Shown: positions 9,635 to 18,915 of the stretch, piece by piece
Layout: the number at the start of each line of letters is the position of its first letter
Numbering within the stretch: position 1 is the first letter of the stretch
DNA from: an uncultured Dehalococcoidia bacterium
GTDB lineage: Bacteria; Chloroflexota; Dehalococcoidia; Lucifugimonadales; UBA3495
Length of the DNA: 54,007 nucleotides
Assembly (NCBI GenBank): GCA_950072105.1
Contig: CATMOE010000021.1
Coordinates: forward strand, 1-54,007
Direction: 5' to 3'
Made by a program: the position numbers and the translations under genes
Notes under the pieces: model-generated
The model's database searches: none
The model's input: only the letters and a program-made list of their open reading frames with translations
What the model was told of the DNA's origin: nothing

Positions 9635-10378
9635 ATGCGGAAGCAACAGCGGGACAGGGTTTTCAGTAGCTTAACCGAAGAAGAAAACACCATTTATCGC
9701 AACCTCATCCGGGAGGTCCGCTCCGAGCGGAAATCGTCCTCATCCAGCCAATTCACCGCCAGAGAGGTGCTGGAGCCACGCAGAGGCGGCTTGTCCTCCG
9801 GAGTACAAGAGGCTTTGGACGCCGTGATCGCGCGGGACGAAATGGGCCCAATGGCTGGAGAACAGCCTCCCGACTTCGATCTTAAGCTCATGGGGACTGA
9901 AGAGCGGGTCCGTTTGTCCAGCTTTAAGGGAAACCGCGCGGTGGGGCTGATCTTCGGCAGCTACACTTGACCCCCTTTCCGCGCTCAGGTTGAGCGTATC
10001 GAAGAGATCAGCCACCGGTTCGCCGAGCAAGTCGAATTTTTCGTAGTGTACGTTCAGGAAGCTCATCCCACCGACGGCCGCCAGACCGATAGCAACGTTG
10101 CCGAAGGTATCCTGTTCCGGCAGCACCAGAGCTATGGCGAGCGGGAAGAAGTGGCTCAGACCTGCAGCCTGGATCTTCACATTACCTTGCCAGTCCTCGT
10201 CGAAGAGATGGATAACTTGATAGACGAGGCTTACGGCGCCGCGCCCGAGCGCCTGTATGTGATAGACGCCGACGGCCGTGTCGCCTATCACGGAGGCGCC
10301 GGGCCTCATTTCTTCGATATCGACGAGTGGGAGCAGGCCATAGAAGTTTGTGTCGGCAAGGCAAAGGTCACCGGCTGA
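9635..10378 (+). CDS. Iodothyronine deiodinase-like selenoprotein (thioredoxin fold), 247 aa, Sec (UGA 9968-9970) at residue 112
   Basis: ORFs 9635..9970 and 10046..10378 share a frame with only one TGA between them. Read-through gives LIFGSYT-U-PPFRAQV...YVQEAHPTDG...RQHQSYGER...VEEMDN...YGAAPERLYVI...YHGGAGP, matching deiodinase motifs (FGSxTUPxF, YIxEAHxxDGW, ERLY, GxxGP). Confidence 0.9.
9981..9997 (+). promoter_or_regulatory. Bacterial SECIS-like hairpin
   Basis: 10 nt after the UGA: GCGCUC-AGGUU-GAGCGU. The G-containing AGGU loop resembles the E. coli fdhF SECIS apical loop (GCAGGUCUGC). Confidence 0.8.
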
Positions 10379-10416
10379 ACTGACTTGGATCCTTAGGGAT
10401 GTAACCACGGCAACTC

Positions 10417-10482
10417 CGCTCCCATCTAACTGTTTCTCACCAAAAATATTGAGGGTTAGGATGGGAGCGATTATTTATTTTT
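10417..10482 (+). terminator. Long hairpin plus U-rich tail after the selenoprotein gene
   Basis: cgctcccatc(taac)...(gttag)gatgggagcg followed by attatttattttt. Confidence 0.55.
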
Positions 10483-10553
10483 CGGATTCGTGCCTGTTCA
10501 ACCTGTAAGCTAGCGTCAACGTACCGACGAGAATGTGAGGTACGGGAGGTTTG

Positions 10554-11978
10554 ATGGCGACTGAAATACGCTTTGGCACCGACGGTTGGCGTGCCCGGAT
10601 CGCCGAGGACTTTACGTTCGAAAACGTGGCGCGATGCTCCCAGGGTTTGGCAGATCGCCTTAAGGCAGAGGGAATCGCCGCTAAGGGTCTGGTGGTCGGC
10701 TATGACACCAGGTTCCTCTCCCGGGAGTTTGCCGAACGTGTGGCCATGGTTATGGCGGGAAACGGCATCAAGGCCTACCTCTCAGAGAAAGCAGCCCCAA
10801 CGCCCGTGGTTAGTTTCAACGTTCTGCATCATCAGGCCGCCGGGGCTGCAATCATCACCGCCTCGCACAATCCCGCGAATTGGAATGGTTTTAAGTTCAA
10901 GCCCGAGTATGCCGGTAGCGCCACACAGGAGGTTACCGACCAGCTCGAGTTGGCGATAGCTGAATCCGGCCCGGTTCAGCAGATCCCATTGACCCGAGCC
11001 AGTGACGAGGGTCTTATCGTTGAGTTTGATCCGGACCCGCCTTACATGGAACGGATGAGCAAACTCATCGACTTGCCGGCGATTCGGAGTGCCGGTCTCC
11101 GGGTAACCGTGGACTCCATGTTCGGGGCTGGGGCGGGTTACATCGCCAGGTTGATCGCCGGCGGCTCGACTACCGTGGAGGAGATCAACGGCTATCGGAA
11201 CCCAGCCTTCCCGGGCATGGAACAACCCGAGCCTATAGCCCACAACTTAACTACGCTGATCGAAAGGATCAAAGCGGGAGGCGCTTCGGTGGGGCTGGCC
11301 TTGGACGGCGACGCGGATCGGGTGGGAGTGGTCGACGAGCACGGCCGATTCGTAACCACCCTGGAGGTCTTCTCACTGCTGGCCCTCTATCTGCTGGAGA
11401 ATAAAGGGGAGAAGGGAGCCCTGGTCAAGGGAGTCACTTCTTCTAGCATGCTAAACAGACTGGGGGAGCGGTTCGGCGTGGATGTCCACGAGATGAAGGT
11501 GGGCTTCAAGTACATCGGGCCCCGAATGTCCGAAGTAGATGCCTTGATGGGAGGAGAGGAGAGCGGCGGTTTCGCTTTCCGGGGACACATACCGGAGCGG
11601 GACGGGGTGCTCAGCGGACTGTACATCCTGGAGTATATGGCCAAGACCGGATCGACCCCATCCCAACTGGTCCAACACCTTTTGGATCAAGTAGGGTCAC
11701 ATTACTACAAACGGCGGGACGTGTCCTTCGATCCTCAGGACCGGACGAGGATCGAGGAACTCCAGCGCGGCATTGGCGACGGTGGCCTGACCGAGGTGGC
11801 AGGGTTACATGTGCGGCAGACCGATGAGATAGATGGCCGCAGATTGGTATTCGATGATGCCTGGTTAATCATCCGGTTCTCCGGCACCGAACCTTTGTTG
11901 CGGCTATACGCCGAAGCCGGCAAACCGGAGTTGGTGGAGGCGCTGCTCGACGGCGCGGCGGAGTACCTGGGCATCTGA
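10554..11978 (+). CDS. Phosphoglucomutase/phosphomannomutase family protein
   Basis: FGTDGWR, GYDTR, TASHNP (phospho-Ser), DGDADR, VGFKYI, GGEESGG, RFSGTEP. ATG 10554 follows GGAGG (TTG 10551 is an alternative start). Confidence 0.95.
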   Translation: MATEIRFGTDGWRARIAEDFTFENVARCSQGLADRLKAEGIAAKGLVVGYDTRFLSREFAERVAMVMAGNGIKAYLSEKAAPTPVVSFNVLHHQAAGAAIITASHNPANWNGFKFKPEYAGSATQEVTDQLELAIAESGPVQQIPLTRASDEGLIVEFDPDPPYMERMSKLIDLPAIRSAGLRVTVDSMFGAGAGYIARLIAGGSTTVEEINGYRNPAFPGMEQPEPIAHNLTTLIERIKAGGASVGLALDGDADRVGVVDEHGRFVTTLEVFSLLALYLLENKGEKGALVKGVTSSSMLNRLGERFGVDVHEMKVGFKYIGPRMSEVDALMGGEESGGFAFRGHIPERDGVLSGLYILEYMAKTGSTPSQLVQHLLDQVGSHYYKRRDVSFDPQDRTRIEELQRGIGDGGLTEVAGLHVRQTDEIDGRRLVFDDAWLIIRFSGTEPLLRLYAEAGKPELVEALLDGAAEYLGI

Positions 11979-11997
11979 TCGGTCCGCGCTACAAAAC

Positions 11998-12037
11998 TGT
12001 CATGCCGAGTCCTTCGGGGGAAGGACGAGGCATTTAG
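11998..12037. repeat. REP-like palindrome (TGTCA-headed)
   Basis: tgtcatgccgagtccttcgggggaaggacgaggcat, similar in architecture to the 50562-50790 elements. Confidence 0.5.
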
Positions 12038-12083
12038 GGCGTGGTGAGTCCGCTGGTTGAAGGAGAGGTATTTTCAAAAGCCG

Positions 12084-12112
12084 TGACGCCCCGCGATACT
12101 TGCGGGGCGTCA
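12084..12112. terminator. Hairpin terminator between convergent pgm and rpsI
   Basis: tgacgccccgc-gatactt-gcggggcgtca. Confidence 0.75.
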
Positions 12113-12144
12113 ATGGTTTCGGGTTACTGTCCTCAGGGAAATAT

Positions 12145-12555
12145 CTACCGCTTGGTGTACTGAGGCGCGCGGCGGGCCCGCTTTAGTCCGTACTTCTTGC
12201 TTTCTTTGATGCGGGCGTCTCTCGTGATGAACCCGGCGCGGCGCAGGGCTGGCTTCATGTTTTCGTCGTAGACCACCAGTGCCCTAGCTATGCCATGGCG
12301 GATAGCCTCGGCCTGGGAATGGACTCCCCCGCCCAGGACTTTAACGACCACTCTAAACCGGTTGACGGTATCGCTGGTCCGAAACGGCTCGACGATGATA
12401 TCGCGCCAAGGTTTGTAGTCGAAATATTCTTCTATGGTCTTACCATTCACAATGAACGGGCCGTTATCGTCCAGGTATATCCTTACCTTGGCGATAGATG
12501 TCTTGCGTTTGCCGGTACCGTAGTAGTATTCCTGGCTGGTTGCTGCTTGAACCAA
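12145..12555 (-). CDS. rpsI: 30S ribosomal protein S9
   Basis: YYGTGKRK...GGG..SQAEAIRHGIARAL...KKYGLKRARRAPQYTKR. Confidence 0.97.
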   Translation of the reverse strand: MVQAATSQEYYYGTGKRKTSIAKVRIYLDDNGPFIVNGKTIEEYFDYKPWRDIIVEPFRTSDTVNRFRVVVKVLGGGVHSQAEAIRHGIARALVVYDENMKPALRRAGFITRDARIKESKKYGLKRARRAPQYTKR

Positions 12556-12563
12556 AACTAATC

Positions 12564-13010
12564 TTACTCCTCTGCCTCATTGGCGTTGGCCGCAACCTGG
12601 GCCTGGTGGGGATGGGTGTCGCCGGCGTACACTTTCAAGCGCCGCAGCATCTGGCGGCCGTTATGGTTTTTGGGCAGCATGCCTTTGACGGCAAGCTCAA
12701 TCACCCGTTCAGGACGTTTTTTCATGATGTCGGCCAGCTTGAATGTTTTCAAGTTCCCCACATAGCCGCTGTGCCGATAATACAGCTTTTGCTCCATTTT
12801 TTCGCCCGTCACTCTGATGTTGGAAGCGTTGAGAACGATGACGAAATCGCCGGTAAGAACGTGGGGAGTGTAGCTGGTCTTGTCCTTGCCTAGCAGAGCC
12901 ACGGATATATCTCGAGCCACCCTGCCCAGGGTTTGACCCGTGGCGTCGATCACTCGCCATTTACTGGTAACTTCTCCTGGTTTGGGGAAATATGTGCTAG
13001 TCCGTTTCAT
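12564..13010 (-). CDS. rplM: 50S ribosomal protein L13
   Basis: W.VIDATGQTLGR, YTPHV.TGDFVIV.NA, AVKGMLPK, HPHQAQ. Confidence 0.97.
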   Translation of the reverse strand: MKRTSTYFPKPGEVTSKWRVIDATGQTLGRVARDISVALLGKDKTSYTPHVLTGDFVIVLNASNIRVTGEKMEQKLYYRHSGYVGNLKTFKLADIMKKRPERVIELAVKGMLPKNHNGRQMLRRLKVYAGDTHPHQAQVAANANEAEE

Positions 13011-13815
13011 TTTCTGTACAAACCTGCGACCAAAAATTAGGGTACGATACTTTCATCAAGCACAGGCCACATGCCGGCGCCGAAGTCCATTCAATTTTCT
13101 CGCTACCTTGGTCCGTTAGAACCCGGCGAACCTGGTCCACCGGCCATTTGCCTTTCCCTATCTCGATCAAGAGGGCGTTTGCCCGTCTTATTAGGTGCCT
13201 CAGGAAGCCGCTGGCTTCGCACTCGATGACAACTTCGTCGTTTAGCCTCCGGACCTCCCACCTGTACACGGTTCGAACCGCGCTGCGGTCTGGGTCGAAC
13301 CCGGGCGCTAGGGCTCGGAAATCGTGCGTGCCCACCAATTGTTTCGCCGCCTCTGCCATCTTGTCCGAGTCCAGAGGAGCACGAACCCAATATCTTGAGT
13401 TCCGCCCCAAGGGCGAAGGCCACTGTCTATTCAGGATGTGGTATTCGTAGGTCCGGCTATGGGCTCCCTTCCGGGAATGGAACTCGGGAGTCATTCTGTA
13501 AGCGGCCTGGACCCGGATATCCTGCTGCAGGTAGAAGTTCAACCCTGGTGGATAGAGCTCCACCTTATTGGAGCTTAGGGTTAAGAAATCCACCACCTGA
13601 CCTTTGGCATGAGCCCCGGAGTCGGTGCGGCTGGCGCCCCGGATTCGTATATTTTCTCCTGTGAACTTGTTTAGACTCTTCTCTATCTCCCCCTGGATAG
13701 TCGGTTGATCCCTTTGGAGTTGGAAGCCCATATATCCGCTTCCATCGTATTCCACAATCAGCGCGATTCTTCGCGTTAGCGAATCTGGGCTCTCCGTCGT
13801 TTCTTCCGATGCCAG
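12997..13815 (-). CDS. truA: tRNA pseudouridine(38-40) synthase
   Basis: EYDGS.Y.GFQ.Q, GASRTDSGAHA.GQ, G.HDF, GFL.H.IR, APACGL.L. The conserved RRIALIV lies upstream of the GTG at 13755, so the start is proposed at CTG 13815 (GAGGA SD); start uncertain. Confidence 0.93.
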   Translation of the reverse strand: MASEETTESPDSLTRRIALIVEYDGSGYMGFQLQRDQPTIQGEIEKSLNKFTGENIRIRGASRTDSGAHAKGQVVDFLTLSSNKVELYPPGLNFYLQQDIRVQAAYRMTPEFHSRKGAHSRTYEYHILNRQWPSPLGRNSRYWVRAPLDSDKMAEAAKQLVGTHDFRALAPGFDPDRSAVRTVYRWEVRRLNDEVVIECEASGFLRHLIRRANALLIEIGKGKWPVDQVRRVLTDQGSEKIEWTSAPACGLCLMKVSYPNFWSQVCTENETD

Positions 13816-13860
13816 AATGAATTCCTCGGAACGGGCGCTGGGATTCGGCCAAGTAGGAAC

Positions 13861-14223
13861 TTAATCGTGTTCGACCAGCTCGATTACGGCCATTTCTGCG
13901 CCGTCACCCTGGCGCCGGCCTAGCTTGATGATCCGGGTATATCCACCGGGTCTATCGGCATACCAGCCGGCCACGTCATCAAACACCTTTCCCACCACTT
14001 TCTTGTCTGGGATCTGGGCCAAGGCCAAACGGCGGTGGTGCAATGTTCCCTTCTTGCCGTGGGTGATCAATTTCTCCGTAACCACCCTGGTCTCCTTGGC
14101 CTTGGCCAGTGTGGTAGTGATCCGCTCGTGGCGAATCAGTTCCGACGTCAAACCTCTTAGCAAGGCTTTACGTTGGTCTTTATACCGGCTGAGCTTTCTA
14201 CCGGCTACGCGGTGGGACGCCAT
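13861..14223 (-). CDS. rplQ: 50S ribosomal protein L17
   Basis: GRKLSR...[13 protein letters not shown]...[24 protein letters not shown]. Confidence 0.97.
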   Translation of the reverse strand: MASHRVAGRKLSRYKDQRKALLRGLTSELIRHERITTTLAKAKETRVVTEKLITHGKKGTLHHRRLALAQIPDKKVVGKVFDDVAGWYADRPGGYTRIIKLGRRQGDGAEMAVIELVEHD

Positions 14224-14228
14224 CGTTG

Positions 14229-15449
14229 TTAGTTGTCCTCCTCGTCGTCGTCAAGGTCGTCGCCGGCGTCGTCCGCATCCAAATCATCGTCTTCGCCGCC
14301 AACTAACTCACCTTCGGAGTCGTTATTCCCGTCGTCTTCGTCTGCCATGGGACTCGGGCCTTCGGTTGAGCCAATTAGTTCTCCCAAGTCTTCCGGGCTC
14401 AACGAGGATACCGCTCCGGCTACATCCATTCCATCTTCGTGTGCGCCCTCGGCCAAAGCCGCCACCGGGGAATTTCCTTCCGGAGGAGTGATGCCCCGTT
14501 CGATAAGTTTTTCCCGCAGTTCAGTCAGGGACTTTTCGCCGAAGTTCCTGATCTTTAGTAACTCTTCATCCGGCATTTCCAGGACTTCACCGACCTTGGT
14601 GATATGCGCCCGCTTTAGACAGTTAAGGGTTCTGGGAGATAACTCCAGGCGTTCGATGGGAGTTTGGTAAATCTCCGGCGACACTATCAACGGCGAGCGG
14701 TCCGCCCCAGTCTCCGCCGTTCTGTCCAGAGTACTGAACAAGAAGAAGTGGTTGACTAGAGTCTCGGCTGCGCGGCGCACGGCTTCCACCGGCGTGATAG
14801 TCCCGTCCGTCCACACTTCCAGGACCAACCGTTCGTAGTCGGTGACCTGACCGACCCGAGTACGCTCAACGTTGTAGTTGACCTTCCGAACTGGGCTGAA
14901 GATGGCATCCAGGGGCAGAACACCCACGGGCAGGCCATCGACTCCGTCACCCTGGACCGCCTGGACGTATCCGACACCCTGTTCCACGTTGAACTCGATG
15001 GAGAGATGAGCGCTGTCCGAGTCCAGGGTCGCTAGATGTAATTCAGGGTTTACTATCTCAAAATTGCTGGACGTAGCGATATCGCCGGCGCAAACAGGGC
15101 CGCCGCCCGACACATCGAGACGCATCTTTCCAGATCGCTCCGACTGCGCTCGAATGCGTATGCGTTTGATGTTCAACAGCAGTTCCATGACCTCTTCTTT
15201 AACCCCGGGGATCGCCGTGTACTCGTGTACAACGTCGTCGATCTTCACCCAGGTTATAGCGCTGCCATTGGTGGAACTGAGCAGAATCCGGCGCATGGGG
15301 TTGCCCAGAGTAAGGGCAAAACCCCGCTCCAAGGGCTCAACGGCCACTTTGCCGTACATATCGTCGGACTCGATCACGTGGACATCGGGTTTGACAGGTT
15401 CCGGTGCGCTCTCGGCAGGTCCGGGGGCGAGAACAAAAGTGTCTAACAT
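14229..15449 (-). CDS. rpoA: RNA polymerase alpha subunit, with long acidic C-terminal tail
   Basis: [65 protein letters not shown]. Confidence 0.97.
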   Translation of the reverse strand: MLDTFVLAPGPAESAPEPVKPDVHVIESDDMYGKVAVEPLERGFALTLGNPMRRILLSSTNGSAITWVKIDDVVHEYTAIPGVKEEVMELLLNIKRIRIRAQSERSGKMRLDVSGGGPVCAGDIATSSNFEIVNPELHLATLDSDSAHLSIEFNVEQGVGYVQAVQGDGVDGLPVGVLPLDAIFSPVRKVNYNVERTRVGQVTDYERLVLEVWTDGTITPVEAVRRAAETLVNHFFLFSTLDRTAETGADRSPLIVSPEIYQTPIERLELSPRTLNCLKRAHITKVGEVLEMPDEELLKIRNFGEKSLTELREKLIERGITPPEGNSPVAALAEGAHEDGMDVAGAVSSLSPEDLGELIGSTEGPSPMADEDDGNNDSEGELVGGEDDDLDADDAGDDLDDDEEDN

Positions 15450-15457
15450 CGAACGTT

Positions 15458-16084
15458 CTACCTCGAGTAAAACTCTACAATCAGCCGGGAATTGATGGAT
15501 TGCTGCAGGTCTTCATCGGCCGGCAGGTTCAAGATCTTGCCGGACATATCGGTCTGATCCAGCACTAACCATGGAGGTACCGGACGCTTGGGAATCCCGT
15601 CGGTACGTTCCTTGAAATAGTCGGATGTTTTGTCTGAATCTTTCCAAGTGATTTCTTGACCCACAACAACTAGGTACGAAGGGATGTCGGTCCTCCGGCC
15701 GTTTACTTTGAAGTGGCCGTGGAGAACCATTTGGCGGGCTTGCTTTCGAGAGTCGGCGAAGCCCAGTAGGAAAATCACGTTATCCAGGCGCCTCTCCAAG
15801 GTTCGCAGCAAGTTTGTCCCGGTAACGCCATCCTCTTCGAAGGCGTCGGCCATGTATTTCCGGAACTGGGATTCGAAAACACCGAATATATATTTGGCTT
15901 TCTGCTTTTCCAGCAGGTGAATGCCGTAGTCTGTGGGCCGCCGCCGCCGCCGTGAGGGGTCGCCGGGGGTGCTCCGCCGCTTTTCCACCGCGCAACGGGG
16001 CGTATAACACCGCTCTCCCTTTAGAAAGAGCTTTTCACCGGCTCGCCGGCACAGCCGGCAGTTTGGTCCTGTATACCTACCCAT
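15458..16084 (-). CDS. rpsD: 30S ribosomal protein S4
   Basis: MGRYTGP.CRLCRR.GEKLFLKG.RC, LERRLDNV, ARQMVLHGH, IVEFYSR. Confidence 0.97.
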   Translation of the reverse strand: MGRYTGPNCRLCRRAGEKLFLKGERCYTPRCAVEKRRSTPGDPSRRRRRPTDYGIHLLEKQKAKYIFGVFESQFRKYMADAFEEDGVTGTNLLRTLERRLDNVIFLLGFADSRKQARQMVLHGHFKVNGRRTDIPSYLVVVGQEITWKDSDKTSDYFKERTDGIPKRPVPPWLVLDQTDMSGKILNLPADEDLQQSINSRLIVEFYSR

Positions 16085-16094
16085 ATATTGTTAT

Positions 16095-16478
16095 TTACAC
16101 CCTTCTTCTTTTAGGAGGCCGGCACCCATTGTGGGGGATCGGCGTTACATCCCTGATACTGGTGACAACCAGGCCGGCTCCTTGCAGCGACCGAATGGCG
16201 GCTTCCCGGCCGGCCCCCGGTCCCTTGATCAGCACGTCTACCTGGCGCAATCCCTGGTCCATCCCGCGGCGGGCAGCTTGCTCGGCCGCGCGCTGGGCGG
16301 CAAAGGCCGTTCCCTTTCGGGACCCCTTGAAACCGACGGTTCCCGCGCTGGCTGAGGCGATCACGCTGCCCTGGGGGTCGGTGATACTAACCAGGGTGTT
16401 GTTGAACGTCGAATATATATAAGCCCGGCCTTGGACGACAATCCGGCGCTCTCTACGTCTTGTTCGTGGTCTAGGCAT
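16095..16478 (-). CDS. rpsK: 30S ribosomal protein S11
   Basis: [43 protein letters not shown]. Confidence 0.98.
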   Translation of the reverse strand: MPRPRTRRRERRIVVQGRAYIYSTFNNTLVSITDPQGSVIASASAGTVGFKGSRKGTAFAAQRAAEQAARRGMDQGLRQVDVLIKGPGAGREAAIRSLQGAGLVVTSIRDVTPIPHNGCRPPKRRRV

Positions 16479-16491
16479 AAGTTTTCCTCAC

Positions 16492-16881
16492 CTACTTCTT
16501 ACCACCCGTCCGGCGGCCACGTCCTGCGACAGTGCGGCGGGGACCTTTCCGGGTTCGGGCATTTGTCCGGGTGCGCTGGCCGTGGGCCGGCAGGCCGCGC
16601 CGGTGACGCAGACCTCGATACGAACCAATTTCAATCAGACGGCGAATGTTTTGGTTAACTTCCCGCCGCAAATCACCTTCGGACGTATAATCTCCAAGTA
16701 TCTCCCGGATCCGGTCCACCTGAGCCTCAGACAACTCATTCATACGAGGCGGGGACTCCGGGTCAATGTCCGCTTTAAGCAGAATCTCCGAAGCGATGAC
16801 GGGACCGACACCGTATATGCTACGCAAGGCTACATGCGCCTTTTTTCGGTCAGGTACGTCAACACCGGCAATACGAACCAC
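16492..16881 (-). CDS. rpsM: 30S ribosomal protein S13
   Basis: RIAGVD, IYGVG, EGDLRR, YRGLRHRRGLP..GQRTRTNARTRKG. Confidence 0.98.
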   Translation of the reverse strand: MVRIAGVDVPDRKKAHVALRSIYGVGPVIASEILLKADIDPESPPRMNELSEAQVDRIREILGDYTSEGDLRREVNQNIRRLIEIGSYRGLRHRRGLPAHGQRTRTNARTRKGPRRTVAGRGRRTGGKK

Positions 16882-16906
16882 TTTGGTCCTCCTTAAGGCG
16901 TCCAGC

Positions 16907-17020
16907 CTATCCTTGACGTTGGGAATGCCGAGGATTGGTGCAGATTATCCGAACCACTCCCTTTCTCTTTATCACCCGGCATCGGTCGCATCTTTTTTTT
17001 ACCGAAGCAGATACTTTCAA
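16907..17020 (-). CDS. rpmJ: 50S ribosomal protein L36 (Zn-binding type), 37 aa
   Basis: Manual translation from TTG 17020: [37 protein letters not shown]. Below the ORF-track length cut-off; canonical position between infA and rpsM. Confidence 0.96.
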   Translation of the reverse strand: MKVSASVKKRCDRCRVIKRKGVVRIICTNPRHSQRQG

Positions 17021-17081
17021 CGTGTTTCCCTCAAACTTATACCGGCCGGAATCTGGAGTACGGCCGCTAGTTTAATCTTTG

Positions 17082-17300
17082 TTACTTAAATCGGTAGGTG
17101 ATTCGGCCACGGGTGAGATCGTACGGAGATAGCTCCACCAAGACCCGGTCTCCCGGTAATACCCGGATGAAGTGCATCCGAATCTTGCCCGACACGTGGG
17201 CCAAAACCTGATGCTCGTTGGGCAAAGTTACACGAAACATGCCATTAGGCAATGCTTCGGTTACATTCGCCTCAACTTCAATCGCCTGCTTTTTCGCCAT
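17082..17300 (-). CDS. infA: Translation initiation factor IF-1
   Basis: [22 protein letters not shown]...[21 protein letters not shown]. Confidence 0.98.
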   Translation of the reverse strand: MAKKQAIEVEANVTEALPNGMFRVTLPNEHQVLAHVSGKIRMHFIRVLPGDRVLVELSPYDLTRGRITYRFK

Positions 17301-17353
17301 ACTTTCTCCCTAGATCGGTCTCTAAGTAAACACCGGAGCGAATAGCGCTCAAG

Positions 17354-18160
17354 TCAGCTTGGCACCGTCATGATCTCCGGACCGTTTTCCGTAATTGCTA
17401 TCGTGTGCTCGAAGTGGGACGAGATCTTTCCGTCCGCGGTCACCACCGTCCACTGATCGTCCAAGATGCGGGTGTGCCAATCTCCCAGGTTGAGCATTGG
17501 CTCGATGGCGATGCACATTCCTGGACGCAGCAATGGCCCAAGGCCGGGGCGGCCATAGTTGGGGACTTGGGGGTCTTCGTGAAGAAATCTCCCCACGCCA
17601 TGCCCGACAAATTCCCGGACCACACTATAACCCTTGGCCTCAGCATACGTTTGAACCGCTGCGCCGATGTCTCCTATACGGTTGCCCGGCACTGCGGCCT
17701 TGATTCCCTCCTCCAGGCTTAGCCTGGTGGCATCCATGAGTTCTATGGCTTCTTCAGCGACATTTCCCACCGCCACCGAGATGGCAGCGTCGCCGATGAA
17801 TCCATCAATGGTCGCGCCCACGTCCATCTTGATGATATCGCCCTCTTTCAAGACCCTCTTGCCCGGTATGCCGTGGACGATCTCTTCATTGACCGACGTG
17901 CAGATGCTTGCCGGAAAGCCGCGATAACCCTTGAACGTGGGTTTAGCGCCGTGCCGGACGATCTCTTTGTAAGCGATGGTGTCCAGGTCTTTGGTAGTAA
18001 GGCCCGGTTCCACCGACTTAAGCAGAATCGCCAGCGTAGCGCCCACAACTGAACCAGCCCGGCGCATCGCATCTAGCTCTTTAGGGGATTTGATTGTGAT
18101 TCCCCCAGTATAGGGCGACGCCGAGTTGGAGGCGGTCTCAGTTTTCCGATCTTGTTTCAA
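17354..18160 (-). CDS. map: Methionine aminopeptidase type I
   Basis: [20 protein letters not shown]...GFIGD, GHGVG..LHEDP, AIEPM, SSHFEHT. Confidence 0.96.
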   Translation of the reverse strand: MKQDRKTETASNSASPYTGGITIKSPKELDAMRRAGSVVGATLAILLKSVEPGLTTKDLDTIAYKEIVRHGAKPTFKGYRGFPASICTSVNEEIVHGIPGKRVLKEGDIIKMDVGATIDGFIGDAAISVAVGNVAEEAIELMDATRLSLEEGIKAAVPGNRIGDIGAAVQTYAEAKGYSVVREFVGHGVGRFLHEDPQVPNYGRPGLGPLLRPGMCIAIEPMLNLGDWHTRILDDQWTVVTADGKISSHFEHTIAITENGPEIMTVPS

Positions 18161-18245
18161 CGTTACTATTCTACCTCGAATCGGGAATCTTGGGAACCCA
18201 CGCTCTCTACTGCGTTAGATCAGTGGACCGCCTATTTGGCTCCGA

Positions 18246-18914
18246 TTATAGCTCCAGCGCCTTCATTACCCGTTTGTTGATCTGCTCGACGGTGTCGACG
18301 CCGGGAACTTCCGCCAGAAGGGCGCGCTCCCGGTAATAATCCAGCACCGGCATTGTTTCCGACTTGTACACTTCGATCCGTGTCTGAACGGCTTCCGGGC
18401 GGTCGTCGGTTCGTTGGTAGAGCTCTCCGCCGCAACGCTCACAGATCAGTTCCCGGTCCGGCGATCCGTTAGTCCCACCGGGCGCCATGCTATGTGGTGC
18501 TTGGCACTGGCGGCAAACGAACCGGCCTGCCAGGCGCCGGAGCAATTCGTCCTCCGGCACATCTATATACACTACTTTGTCCAGACCCCGAGCCCGAGTC
18601 TGCAAGGCCTCTTCCAAGGCTTTTGCTTGGAACCGGTTACGGGGAAATCCATCTAGGATAAATCCCTCCTCGGCATTTAAGGACATCACTTTCTCCAAAG
18701 CGATGTCGATGGTCAGTTCGTCGGGAACCAGAACCCCCCGGTTCATATAATCGGCGGCCTTCAACCCCAAGGGCGTTTCGGCTTGAACGTGGTGGCGGAA
18801 CAGATCGCCCGAACTTATATGAGAGATTTTCAGCCGCTCGGTCAATAACTGAGCTTGGGTCCCTTTGCCCGCTCCCGGTGGACCGAAAAGGACCAATCGC
18901 AAACCTTGTGTCAA
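18246..18914 (-). CDS. adk: Adenylate kinase (Zn-binding LID)
   Basis: GPPGAGKGTQA, HISSGDLFR, LDGFPR, CRQC...CERC, QRTDD. Confidence 0.97.
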   Translation of the reverse strand: MTQGLRLVLFGPPGAGKGTQAQLLTERLKISHISSGDLFRHHVQAETPLGLKAADYMNRGVLVPDELTIDIALEKVMSLNAEEGFILDGFPRNRFQAKALEEALQTRARGLDKVVYIDVPEDELLRRLAGRFVCRQCQAPHSMAPGGTNGSPDRELICERCGGELYQRTDDRPEAVQTRIEVYKSETMPVLDYYRERALLAEVPGVDTVEQINKRVMKALEL

Positions 18915-18915
18915 A

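Noticed and set aside
10046..10378. Independent 110-aa ORF from the ORF track
   Set aside because: It is the C-terminal half of the UGA-recoded selenoprotein; its GTG lies within a conserved strand.
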